Shown: positions 8,356-17,317 of the stretch, piece after piece
How the letters are laid out: the number at the start of each line of letters is the position of its first letter
Numbering within the stretch: the stretch's first letter is position 1
Assembly (NCBI GenBank): GCA_003557725.1
Contig: PWNQ01000041.1
Coordinates: 8,481-72,480 of the forward strand
DNA from: Bacteroidales bacterium
GTDB lineage: Bacteria > Bacteroidota > Bacteroidia > Bacteroidales > PWNQ01
Length of the DNA: 64,000 nt
Reading direction: 5' to 3'
Program-made: the position numbers and the translations under genes
Notes under the pieces: model-generated
The model's database searches: none
The model's input: the letters and a program-made list of their open reading frames with translations, nothing else
Told to the model about the DNA's origin: nothing

Positions 8356-10221
8356 TTATTGTGATTTATAGATGACCAATTTGCCACTTTGGCTTTTACT
8401 TATTCCTGAATCAGTGCGAATGGTGGCTCTGTATATATACATGCCTCCTTTTACAGGTGTTCCGGAAGCGCTTCGCCCGTTCCACTTTAGGGGGGACACG
8501 GAGTATCCGTCAGGAGCCACATCTGTTTCAAGGGTTTCTATAAGTTGCCCATCCAGGCTGTATATTTCAACCTGGAATGTCACTGTGCTCCGTGCCTGGT
8601 TATGGTCAAAGGTAAACCATACTTCCCCGTCGGAAGGGTTGGGGTAAGCGGTAAGGTTTTTCAGGGCCACCTCTTCAGAGTGTGTTACCACAAACTGGAT
8701 GGTGGCTTCATTGGAGTTATTATAGATATCCCACACCTTGAGGCGAAGTTGATGTTGTCCACGGGGAAGGTTATGAAAAGGGTAGCGGATGGTCCCCCGG
8801 GTAAAGTCATCCAGGTCTGCTTCATAATAGTCATTCAGCACAAACTGTTTCAGGGTGTTATCTTCAAGGATAAGCGTGGCAACAATATCATGGCCTATGC
8901 CACTGCCCACGGCATTGATGCCATGTTCATCAAAAACCCGGGCCAGTAATATGGGGTTTTGGTCGGTAATGCCTCCGGAGATAAAAGAAAAATCGTTCAT
9001 ATATAATTCGATACCTGGACCGGTGGTGTCAACAACGGCACTGTCGCTGGTTCCCCCAACAATGAAGTTATTATAATACCCGTTGGCATCACTCACTCCA
9101 TCCTCAGCATAATAGCTTATGCGCCCGTGACCATAATTATAGGAAATGTCTTTGGGCACAATAAATGAAAAAGTGAACCGGCCATCGGTAACACTGGCCT
9201 TGCCCTTAAAGAGAATATTGTCGTACTGTTCAAATTCAAAAGGGGAGCTGCCGGGGTCCTGTCCCATGGTGGTATGTCTGCTTTTTTTATCATAGACGGT
9301 AGGATAAAGGTAGCCATTAAAGCTGCTGTCAATGCTCCCGTCGTTCCGGGTGATCTTTCCTGAAACGGTAACGTGTGCCAATGCCTTTAAGGTGTCCGTA
9401 ATGCTGGTATCCAGTCCGTTGATGGAAGTGGTGACCACTTTTTTATCCGGGATGGCGATGGGCAGGGCAGGGTTTCCCAGTAAAACATAGTTGCGCAGAC
9501 CGGAAATGGAAGGGGCTTCCGTTTTGGTGAGGCGCATAATGTCCCCCATTCGGAGGTGGCTTCCCTTTTTTCTCCGGAAAAGGTTATTATAAAAGGCATT
9601 GGAAAAATTCATGTTATTGCCGGTGTGGGTAACTCGGGTAGAGGAGATCAGGGTGATGGGTCCGCCACCGGGTTGATGAAATGCAATCTCTCCAGCCGAT
9701 ATACGGGCCGGGTTATCAAAAGGAGAAAACTCGCAGGTGGCAGTAAAAATGATGGGCATGCTGTACGTATTAGACCAGTTGCGAATGTCCTGAATGCGCA
9801 ACACTTCTTCATGGGCCCAGCCCGCCGGCCCGCCATGCCCAAAATAGTGCATTACCAGGGCCCCCCTTTGCATCTGCTCATTTATGGCATTGTTCACGCC
9901 GGGATAACGTTGTCCCCCGGGGGTGGTGACTTGCTGATAGGCATCGAAATAAATCTTTCGCACATTGATCTCCGGCTGGTGGATGTTTAGCTTGTCTGCC
10001 AGTTGCTCTGCAGAAATAACATGAATATTATTGTCTTCATCATCTGCAACCAGGCACACCACATTGCGCCAGTCGGCCAGAGGCTTCTGCAGGGAAGGGT
10101 CCATACGGATATCCGCACTTATGGAAGCAGTATCCATATTCAGATATCGCCTCATCTTGGTGATGGCCTGACGGGCTTGTGATACCGTTCCCGCAGGAAT
10201 ACGCCCAACTCCAATGTCCAC
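8356..10221 (-). CDS. porU: T9SS C-terminal signal peptidase PorU, C-terminal fragment (downstream of the in-frame TAG)
   Basis: Same frame as ORF 10243-12249. Contains the second half of the C25-peptidase-like region (VGRIPAG, HYFGHGGPAGWAHE, FTATCEF) and a C-terminal CTD-like beta domain (LTAYPNPSDGEVWFTF...GMYIYRATI). Confidence 0.75.
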   Translation of the reverse strand: MDIGVGRIPAGTVSQARQAITKMRRYLNMDTASISADIRMDPSLQKPLADWRNVVCLVADDEDNNIHVISAEQLADKLNIHQPEINVRKIYFDAYQQVTTPGGQRYPGVNNAINEQMQRGALVMHYFGHGGPAGWAHEEVLRIQDIRNWSNTYSMPIIFTATCEFSPFDNPARISAGEIAFHQPGGGPITLISSTRVTHTGNNMNFSNAFYNNLFRRKKGSHLRMGDIMRLTKTEAPSISGLRNYVLLGNPALPIAIPDKKVVTTSINGLDTSITDTLKALAHVTVSGKITRNDGSIDSSFNGYLYPTVYDKKSRHTTMGQDPGSSPFEFEQYDNILFKGKASVTDGRFTFSFIVPKDISYNYGHGRISYYAEDGVSDANGYYNNFIVGGTSDSAVVDTTGPGIELYMNDFSFISGGITDQNPILLARVFDEHGINAVGSGIGHDIVATLILEDNTLKQFVLNDYYEADLDDFTRGTIRYPFHNLPRGQHQLRLKVWDIYNNSNEATIQFVVTHSEEVALKNLTAYPNPSDGEVWFTFDHNQARSTVTFQVEIYSLDGQLIETLETDVAPDGYSVSPLKWNGRSASGTPVKGGMYIYRATIRTDSGISKSQSGKLVIYKSQ

Positions 10222-10242
10222 GTTCCCACTGGCATTAGAACC

Positions 10243-12249
10243 CTACCCAGGGGCATATAAACCAAAAAAATCATCCGAAACAAAACTGCCTATGGGGGAA
10301 AGTGAACTGGAAGACTGAAAGGTAAGAATGGTGGCCTTATCATAATTGTTCCGGTTTTTTGGATCATAATTGCCGTCACCCAGCAGCAGCAGATACCCCG
10401 GCATTTCATCCGGAGTGGTAGCACGATCATAAAACATGCGCATGAAATTGCGGATGGCTGAGATATCTTGCTGGCCGGAGGAAAACTCATTGTAAATTTC
10501 TGAAGGAGTAACCACATGTACCACCATGTCGTCCATGTCTCTATGTAAATCAGCAATCTCCTCTGCAGGATCCAGCAGGTCGGGGTGGGTAACGATCACC
10601 ATTTCAGGTTGCGGAAGCCCGTGAAGGTTTTGATTCTTTACAGTGCCTGTATGGTGCGGGCTATGATAGCTGTTTTTATGTGCAATAAACTCCCGAAGGG
10701 TATCTGCAGATGCCACAAAGGAAAAGGTGCTTCCGGATACCTGTCCGTTAATTGCCTCAGGAAGCACCGGATTGGTAATATCCCAAACCTGTAAACCCGG
10801 TGATGCTCCGGAGATGGAGTACTGTGCGATATTGCCATCACCTGTGACTGAAACATCCCGGAACTGAAGTTGTTTGTTATTGAAAAACAGATTTTCACGG
10901 GCGTGAACCTGAATAAAATCCATCCAGCCAACGGCAGAGGGCTGAGGCTTTTGATAAGATACATTCATATTGATACTCCCCGGGCTGAGAGATAGTGAAA
11001 AAGTATCTGTCACACTTTGGGCATAAAGGGAGGTATAAGTATCGGTGATGGAACTAACCAAAAAGGTACGGGTGTTTCCCTGGATATCCACTTTAAAAGC
11101 AGAAGCTTGTGTAGATCTGGCTGCCATGGATACGCGAAACTTTACGGGGTGGGATGGATCCAGATCCGGAAAATAAAAAGGGTAGGCATAACTGGTGATG
11201 ATATCAAATACATCCCCGAAAAAGCGCCGCCCACTATTTAGCAGATTGATGGAATCCTTTTCGTGGAAACGGTAACTGTCATATGTGTGGGTGGTTACAT
11301 TGGGAGGCCCCGGAGCAGAAGGCTTTTGTGATATCCGCTTACCCGGGCTTTGGTTGTAGGTAAGATAGTAATACGCATGGTCGTCATATTCATGCTTATG
11401 GTGCAAAAAACGCTCCAGGTTTTCATCGTAGGTCCATTCTACAGGACCCTGGGCATAAAACAACAAGTAATCCCCCGGGCTAAAGGTCCCGGGAGTAGAC
11501 GTGGACACATAAATGGCATTTTCCAGCAGATCATCAGCATGAGGTTCTGAATTATTGTAGGGCAACTGATTCCCTCCATTTCCAAAAATCTGCAGTTGGG
11601 AAGGATCCAGGCCGGAAGCATCAATGCCATAGCCTTCCAGATCACCATAGGTGATTTGGTAAACCCCCGATTGGGATATCCGAAGCTTATGCCAGGGTCC
11701 TTTGGCCAGAACCGACTCATCCACATATTGATAGATATTGCGCTGGGCAACTATTTCATCCGGATTAAAAATAATCTGATAGCTGAAAGACTGTAATAGC
11801 TTAACCGAGTCGCCGCAAAGAGATAGCTTAGCGGGGGCAAGCATAAAATAACCAAAAGCTTGCTTGCGAATGGAGTGGGTTTCTGTAGTGAGCTGAATAC
11901 CATAGGTGAGCTCCTCAACTCCGCGGATGCTGGAGAAATGCTTAATGGGTATGGATTGAAATACCGTATCGCTTAGGATCACCTCCATGGAAAAATCGGA
12001 TGACGGCAGGGGAAGCCGCTCTGAATAGTAGGGAAGATGATGGTTGTCAAAGTCATAATCCGACCCCTTGAAGGATAATACATCAAATGAGGCCAGGGTA
12101 TCATCACCCGGAGTAATTGTTTTTACCGGGTCCCAGTTAAAAGATTTATAGGAAGCGTTTTGCCCGTGTAGAAAAAACGGAGCCAGGAAAAAGAAGGCAA
12201 ACAAAATAGCTGAGGTCCCAAATGCAGGGATATTGTTTTTTTCTCTCAT
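10243..12249 (-). CDS. porU: T9SS C-terminal signal peptidase PorU, N-terminal fragment (ends at the in-frame TAG 10243-10245)
   Basis: Signal peptide MREKNNIPAFGTSAILFAFFFLAPFFLHGQ. PorU-type N-terminal region and the start of the gingipain/C25-like domain (YLLLLGDGNYDPKN, SDDFFGL). Stop TAG is followed in frame by GSNASGNVDIGVGRIP. Confidence 0.75.
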   Translation of the reverse strand: MREKNNIPAFGTSAILFAFFFLAPFFLHGQNASYKSFNWDPVKTITPGDDTLASFDVLSFKGSDYDFDNHHLPYYSERLPLPSSDFSMEVILSDTVFQSIPIKHFSSIRGVEELTYGIQLTTETHSIRKQAFGYFMLAPAKLSLCGDSVKLLQSFSYQIIFNPDEIVAQRNIYQYVDESVLAKGPWHKLRISQSGVYQITYGDLEGYGIDASGLDPSQLQIFGNGGNQLPYNNSEPHADDLLENAIYVSTSTPGTFSPGDYLLFYAQGPVEWTYDENLERFLHHKHEYDDHAYYYLTYNQSPGKRISQKPSAPGPPNVTTHTYDSYRFHEKDSINLLNSGRRFFGDVFDIITSYAYPFYFPDLDPSHPVKFRVSMAARSTQASAFKVDIQGNTRTFLVSSITDTYTSLYAQSVTDTFSLSLSPGSINMNVSYQKPQPSAVGWMDFIQVHARENLFFNNKQLQFRDVSVTGDGNIAQYSISGASPGLQVWDITNPVLPEAINGQVSGSTFSFVASADTLREFIAHKNSYHSPHHTGTVKNQNLHGLPQPEMVIVTHPDLLDPAEEIADLHRDMDDMVVHVVTPSEIYNEFSSGQQDISAIRNFMRMFYDRATTPDEMPGYLLLLGDGNYDPKNRNNYDKATILTFQSSSSLSPIGSFVSDDFFGLYAPG

Positions 12250-12356
12250 GGTTCTGCTAATATTATGCCTGTGGTATTCAGGCGCAGATTAAAAAATACC
12301 TAAACCGGATGGTTGATAAATATAATATTTGCTGTAAAATTTCGGTTGTTATTATT

Positions 12357-12507
12357 GAGTCCAGTCTAAAAAGGTTACTTTTGATTTTCAGCGGCTTTTT
12401 GCCCCAGACCCTAAAGGGTGAAGCCGCTGAAAATCAGCCACCCTTTAGGGATGGGGCAAAGCTGATTTTCAGCGGATGTGAAAAATGTGTGTTTTTAGAC
12501 TGGACTC
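12357..12507. mobile_element. Complete copy of a MITE-like palindromic intergenic element (~151 bp)
   Basis: Perfect 16-bp terminal inverted repeats: GAGTCCAGTCTAAAAA (12357-12372) and TTTTTAGACTGGACTC (12492-12507). Flanked on both sides by ATTATT. The interior has a long hairpin (GCCCCagaCCCTAAAGGGTG / CACCCTTTAGGGatGGGGC) around CCGCTGAAAATCA, and TGATTTTCAGCGG occurs twice as its complement. Confidence 0.6.
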
Positions 12508-12766
12508 ATTATTTGATTTAATGGGTTGTTAACAATTGGCTGACGGTGCTGGTCAAACAGGAAACAACACCGGAGGTAGTCAGCGCTTAATAAAAAGCAA
12601 GATGTTAAAAAATGACTATTCTATTGTACCGGGTTGTGTCTGTATTTTGCACATTATACTAATAACCATCGAGACGGTTTTTTTATTGTATATCACTGAA
12701 AAAACCTGGTGGCAGCCTTTTTGTAACATTTTTGTTTGGGTGCAAGTATAAGTGAGATAAAATGCT

Positions 12767-12774
12767 TATTTTTG
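12767..12774 (+). promoter_or_regulatory. -7 box TATTTTTG upstream of the PorP/SprF-gldJ genes
   Basis: Exact TAnnTTTG match 81 nt upstream of ATG 12855. Confidence 0.4.
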
Positions 12775-12854
12775 TGGGGTAAAAAAGGGTGTTTTTTATC
12801 CCGTTATCAAAAAATGTTGTATTTTTGGAGTTTGAAAAATCATGGGTAAATAAT

Positions 12855-13844
12855 ATGCCACAAAAAGCACGTTTATTAATACCAATAATAGTAATTTTAT
12901 TGGCAGGACAAGAGGTTCGGGGGCAGGATCCGCATTTTTCCCAGTTCTATGCCAACCCGTTGTATCTGAATCCGGCATTTGCGGGGAGCAATATTTGTCC
13001 CCGATTGACTACCAACTACAGGAATCAATGGCCGGCCATTTCAGGTGCTTATGTAACCTATAATGCAGGGTTTGACATGTATTTTGATGCTATTTCCGGG
13101 GGATTGGGGCTTTTAGCTTACTCGGACCGTTCAGGTGAGGGGGTGCTTAGCTCCTCTCAGTTTAGCTTTATGTATGCTTACCGGCTGAAAGTGTCCCGAA
13201 CCTTCAGCATAAATGCGGGGCTGCAGGCCAGCTATTTTCAGAAGTCGGTGGACTGGACCAAGCTTACATTCGGTGACCAGATTGACCCCCAGTGGGGATT
13301 TGTGAATCAAACCAGTGAAGTGGGCGGCACCTACGAATCCAGTGGAGCAGATTTTTCTGCAGGATTATTGGGGTATACCAATAACTTTTTTATTGGAATT
13401 GCTGCCCATCACCTGACAGAACCAAATGAAGGGTTTAGAAATTACAGTGAGTTGCCCCTTAAGCTTACCGTGCATGGAGGATACGACATTGAACTGGGGG
13501 GTGGGCCGGCAAGACAATATCGGGCTGGAGACTTGGTGCTGTCGCCGAATATAATGTATATGCAACAGGGACAGTTTCACCAGCTAAACTATGGATTGTA
13601 CCTGAACATGAAGCCTATCCTGGCAGGACTATGGTACAGGCAATTCTTTGAAGGCTCCGATGCACTTGTTGTAATGGCTGGATTTGAATATGAAAAGTAT
13701 AAGTTTGGATATAGTTATGATATTACCGTTTCCAGGCTGAGTAATGCCTCCGGCGGAGCGCATGAAATATCGATGATGTTGAAATTCAACTGCCCTCCGG
13801 AACGCGTCAGACTACGGGAAATCGAATGTCCATCCTTCTTCTGA
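12855..13844 (+). CDS. PorP/SprF-family T9SS outer-membrane protein
   Basis: Signal peptide, then the family signature QDPHFSQFYANPLYLNPAFAG. About 330-aa barrel. ATG at 12855 is preferred over GTG at 12789. Confidence 0.85.
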   Translation: MPQKARLLIPIIVILLAGQEVRGQDPHFSQFYANPLYLNPAFAGSNICPRLTTNYRNQWPAISGAYVTYNAGFDMYFDAISGGLGLLAYSDRSGEGVLSSSQFSFMYAYRLKVSRTFSINAGLQASYFQKSVDWTKLTFGDQIDPQWGFVNQTSEVGGTYESSGADFSAGLLGYTNNFFIGIAAHHLTEPNEGFRNYSELPLKLTVHGGYDIELGGGPARQYRAGDLVLSPNIMYMQQGQFHQLNYGLYLNMKPILAGLWYRQFFEGSDALVVMAGFEYEKYKFGYSYDITVSRLSNASGGAHEISMMLKFNCPPERVRLREIECPSFF

Positions 13845-13896
13845 TACTGATAATAATTATTTATAATCTGATTGAGAAACAATTAAAGCTTGAATT

Positions 13897-15753
13897 ATGA
13901 AATATATGGGATTTCTTAAAAGCTTCATGTTATTGACAACAGCAATCCTCATGGTGGCCTGCGGGTATGAGCGCTCACCCACAACCGGGTGGAACTACAA
14001 TGACCCTCAAAGCGGTGGCTTTGAAAAGCAGCCATTTATGGAACAAGTGACTGGCCCGGGGCTGGTGCTTATTGAGGGTGGACGCTTTACCATGGGACGA
14101 ACGGAGCAGGATGTAATGTTCGATTGGGATAATATCCCCAGAACAGTTACCGTGCCTTCCTTTTACATGGACCAGACCGAGGTGAGAAACTTTGACTATC
14201 TGGAATATCTTTACTGGTTAAAGAGAATCTTTGGCGATCGGTACCCCACCGTTTATGAAAGGGCACTGCCGGATACCAATATCTGGAGAGAAAAATTGGG
14301 CGAAAGAGAACAGTATGTGAGGTATTATCTGAGGCATCCTGCTTACAGGGACTATCCTGTGGTGGGGGTAAACTGGATACAGGCATCCAACTATGCGGCC
14401 TGGCGGACCGACCGGGTCAATGAAATGATCCTGGTGGAATTGGGCTTTATGGAGCGAATTCCCGATCAGGCCAATGAAGAACATTTTAATACGGAGGCCT
14501 ATCTGGCAGGACAGTATGACCTGGGGGTGATCCGGGAAAGCATGGTTAACCTTGACCCCAATGCTCCGGATGACCGGCTGGTGCGTATGGAGGACGGAAT
14601 ACTGCTCCCCGCATACCGCCTCCCAACAGAAGCCGAATGGGAGTTTGCTGCCCTGGGGCTTATTGGAAACACCATCTATGAAAGAGTGGTGGAAAGAAGA
14701 ATTTATCCCTGGAATGGGCATATCACCAGAACTAGTGCTAAAGAAAGCTATGGCGACTTCGTGGCCAACTTCCGCAGAGGAAGAGGAGATTATATGGGTA
14801 CTGCCGGATATCTTAATGATGCAGCCTCCATTACGGCTCCCGTTTATGCCTACTGGCCTAACGATTATGGCTTGTACAATATGGCAGGAAACGTGTCTGA
14901 ATGGGTACGCGATGTATACAGACCTCTCTCTCACGAAGACATGAGCGACTTCGCTCCTTTTAGGGGGAATGTGTATACGGTGCAGGCACGAAGCAGCTTT
15001 GGAGGATTGCAGCCCAAGCTGGGGTTTGTTATGTGGGACTATAGCGCTATTATTGACTACCTGAACGACTATCAGCAAATCTCCCGAGAACTTAACGATA
15101 TCAATGAGCATGAAGAAATGCTGATCACATATTTGAAGCAGTTTGCCATTGGTGCCGATAGCATGGCAGACATCAGCCGACATGAAGATGCGTCTATCCT
15201 TATGGAGGACGGATTGCTGGACTTTACCGGAAAAAGCCCCAGACCCAATACGGATGAAGCCAACGCTACAGAAGCAGAACTGGGGGTTAATATGGCCAAT
15301 GACTTTGATGAAATGCAGGTGAGGGATGAGAATATTATCACCATCCAGGCGGTTATAGCACAATATATCGAGGCTAGCCCCGGGGAAATTCAAACCAGAG
15401 CCGTTACGGTTCAGGAAAACCTTGACCGCCGAAACTATCGCAAAGCTGATAATATCAACTACAAAGATGGAACCTATACCACGGCTCCAGGCGCCACATG
15501 GGACCAGCGATCTGATGTGGCTGACCCCGACAGAAGCTACACCGACCAAATGTATGACTATCCTGAAGAAGAAAATATTGGAAGCTCCCTGATCAACGAC
15601 CGGGTGAGGGTTAGAAAAGGCGGATCATGGCGTGACGGAGCCTACTGGATGAGCCCGGGAACACGACGGTTCCTCCTGGAAACGCAACGAAGAGACGACC
15701 TGGGTTTCCGCTGCGCAATGGATCGCGTGGGAAGCCCCATCGGAACCTATTAA
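13897..15753 (+). CDS. gldJ: Gliding motility lipoprotein GldJ (FGE-sulfatase-like fold)
   Basis: Lipobox LMVACG. GldJ-like sequence (MVLIEGGRFTMGR, FYMDQTEVRNFDY, YPVVGVNWIQASNYAAWRTDRVNE, RKGGSWRDGAYW, FRCAM). It sits next to murF, an adjacency I recall from other Bacteroidota. Confidence 0.85.
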   Translation: MKYMGFLKSFMLLTTAILMVACGYERSPTTGWNYNDPQSGGFEKQPFMEQVTGPGLVLIEGGRFTMGRTEQDVMFDWDNIPRTVTVPSFYMDQTEVRNFDYLEYLYWLKRIFGDRYPTVYERALPDTNIWREKLGEREQYVRYYLRHPAYRDYPVVGVNWIQASNYAAWRTDRVNEMILVELGFMERIPDQANEEHFNTEAYLAGQYDLGVIRESMVNLDPNAPDDRLVRMEDGILLPAYRLPTEAEWEFAALGLIGNTIYERVVERRIYPWNGHITRTSAKESYGDFVANFRRGRGDYMGTAGYLNDAASITAPVYAYWPNDYGLYNMAGNVSEWVRDVYRPLSHEDMSDFAPFRGNVYTVQARSSFGGLQPKLGFVMWDYSAIIDYLNDYQQISRELNDINEHEEMLITYLKQFAIGADSMADISRHEDASILMEDGLLDFTGKSPRPNTDEANATEAELGVNMANDFDEMQVRDENIITIQAVIAQYIEASPGEIQTRAVTVQENLDRRNYRKADNINYKDGTYTTAPGATWDQRSDVADPDRSYTDQMYDYPEEENIGSSLINDRVRVRKGGSWRDGAYWMSPGTRRFLLETQRRDDLGFRCAMDRVGSPIGTY

Positions 15754-15886
15754 TATTGCCTGTATAATAAGGTGTATATAATATAAGGTGCACCATGAAC
15801 TCCGAAAATGCAGGTTATGGGAATGACTCCTGGAGGGCATGGCTAAGATGGCCGGAAGAAATGGAAAAGATTAAGAACAATTGTAA

Positions 15887-15925
15887 AGAGGCACTTCGAA
15901 ACCCGTTTTCAAGTGCCTCTTTTTA
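15887..15925 (+). terminator. Rho-independent terminator downstream of gldJ
   Basis: AGAGGCACTT(c)GAAA cccg TTTTCAAGTGCCTCT followed by TTTTT. The core stem is 10 bp and perfect. Confidence 0.7.
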
Positions 15926-15951
15926 TATAACATAATCAGAGGAACCCAATT

Positions 15952-17244
15952 ATGAAGGTGGGAAAACTGTATAATGCCTTTAAATTATCCACAGGAGTGT
16001 CTACCGATACCCGTGCTATCCGCAAAGGAAGCATGTTCTTTGCCCTCAAAGGGGAACGGTTTAATGGAAACCTATTTGTCGGGCAGGCTTTTGAAAATGG
16101 TGCCCAATATGCTGTGGTGGATGAAGCAAGGGGAGTGATCAATAACAACTGTATTAATGTAGACAGCTCTCTGGAAATGCTTCAAAAACTGGCCCAATAT
16201 CATCGGGCAAAGTATTCAGTACCCATGTTGGCCATCACCGGATCTAACGGAAAAACAACTACCAAAGAGCTAATCATAAGCATACTGAACAAAAAATTCA
16301 ACACCCACTACACCCGGGGAAATTTAAATAACCACATTGGATTGCCCCTTACTCTATTAGACCTCAATGAACACCACCATATTTCCGTGGTGGAGATGGG
16401 GGCCAACCATCAGGGAGAGATCGCACGACTGGCAGAATTGGCAGACCCGGATTATGGATTGATCACCAATATCGGGAAAGCCCACCTGGAGGGGTTTGGA
16501 GGAATTGAAGGAGTGATTAAAGGAAAAACCGAACTATTCCGCTGCCTTAAAGCCAAAAACAGACCCGTGTTTGTGGACGAAAAGGACCCAATACTCATTC
16601 AGCATAGCCAGGAAATGGTAAATATACCCTATGGAGCTCAATCATTACAGGTTGAGATGGTTAGTGAGTTCCCAACTTTGTCTTTTCAGTGGAAAAAAAA
16701 CTCAATAAACACCCATCTTGCCGGAAAGTACAACATGCAAAATATATGTGCAGCCATTGCAGTGGGTAATTACTTCAATGTGCCGGAAAAGGATATATGC
16801 AACGCGGTGGAATCTTATATTCCCCAGAATAGCCGCTCACAGGTGGTGAAACATAAACCAAACACCATTATTTTAGATGCATATAATGCAAACCCTACCA
16901 GTGTGGCTGCTGCTTTGGACAACCTCTACAGGTATCCTTCCAGCCATAAATCCAAAATGGCAGCTCTGGGAGACATGCTTGAACTGGGTGAAGAAAGTGA
17001 TAAGCACCACCAGGAGACTGTGAATGAGCTGAAAAGGTATGACTTTGACAGGGTGTTGCTGGTGGGGAGTTGCTTTTCCCGAGTTAAAGTCCCGGAAGAT
17101 TTTCATGTTTTTAATAATGTTGAGGAAGCCTCCCAATGGATCGAAGATCAGCCTGTGGAAGATTCTGTAATACTCATAAAAGGGTCCAGAGGGATTCGCA
17201 TGGAGAAGGTCTTTCATGCCATAACCGGGGAAAAGGATACGTAG
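15952..17244 (+). CDS. murF: UDP-N-acetylmuramoyl-tripeptide--D-alanyl-D-alanine ligase
   Basis: ITGSNGKTTTKE P-loop, VVEMGANHQGEI and DAYNANPTS motifs. Length is typical of the Mur ligase family. Confidence 0.9.
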   Translation: MKVGKLYNAFKLSTGVSTDTRAIRKGSMFFALKGERFNGNLFVGQAFENGAQYAVVDEARGVINNNCINVDSSLEMLQKLAQYHRAKYSVPMLAITGSNGKTTTKELIISILNKKFNTHYTRGNLNNHIGLPLTLLDLNEHHHISVVEMGANHQGEIARLAELADPDYGLITNIGKAHLEGFGGIEGVIKGKTELFRCLKAKNRPVFVDEKDPILIQHSQEMVNIPYGAQSLQVEMVSEFPTLSFQWKKNSINTHLAGKYNMQNICAAIAVGNYFNVPEKDICNAVESYIPQNSRSQVVKHKPNTIILDAYNANPTSVAAALDNLYRYPSSHKSKMAALGDMLELGEESDKHHQETVNELKRYDFDRVLLVGSCFSRVKVPEDFHVFNNVEEASQWIEDQPVEDSVILIKGSRGIRMEKVFHAITGEKDT

Positions 17245-17317
17245 AGAGCACGCTGTAAGGTGTTGCCAGGAGCCAGGGTGCTTCTGCACACGGGCTAAAT
17301 GGATAAAATGGTATATT

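Noticed and set aside
10243-10245. In-frame TAG in porU read as pyrrolysine or a reassigned codon
   Set aside because: TAG is an ordinary stop for murF (17242-17244) and the ORF ending at 21681. No pyl genes are visible. A nonsense mutation or sequencing error is the simpler reading.
12309-12521. 70-aa ORF spanning the MITE-like element
   Set aside because: The ORF is produced by the palindromic repeat itself, and its translation mirrors the inverted repeats. It has no start context.
14218-15549. 443-aa ORF on the minus strand inside gldJ
   Set aside because: It is fully antisense to a confidently identified gene, and its low-complexity composition resembles no family. This is a typical shadow ORF opposite a long coding frame.
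15795-15935. 46-aa ORF (MNSENAGYGNDSWRAWLRWPEEMEKIKNNCKEALRNPFSSASFYIT) between gldJ and murF
   Set aside because: Its 3' third is the stem-loop of the gldJ terminator, and no promoter box precedes it. It is probably non-coding 3' UTR, though I could not exclude a small protein.
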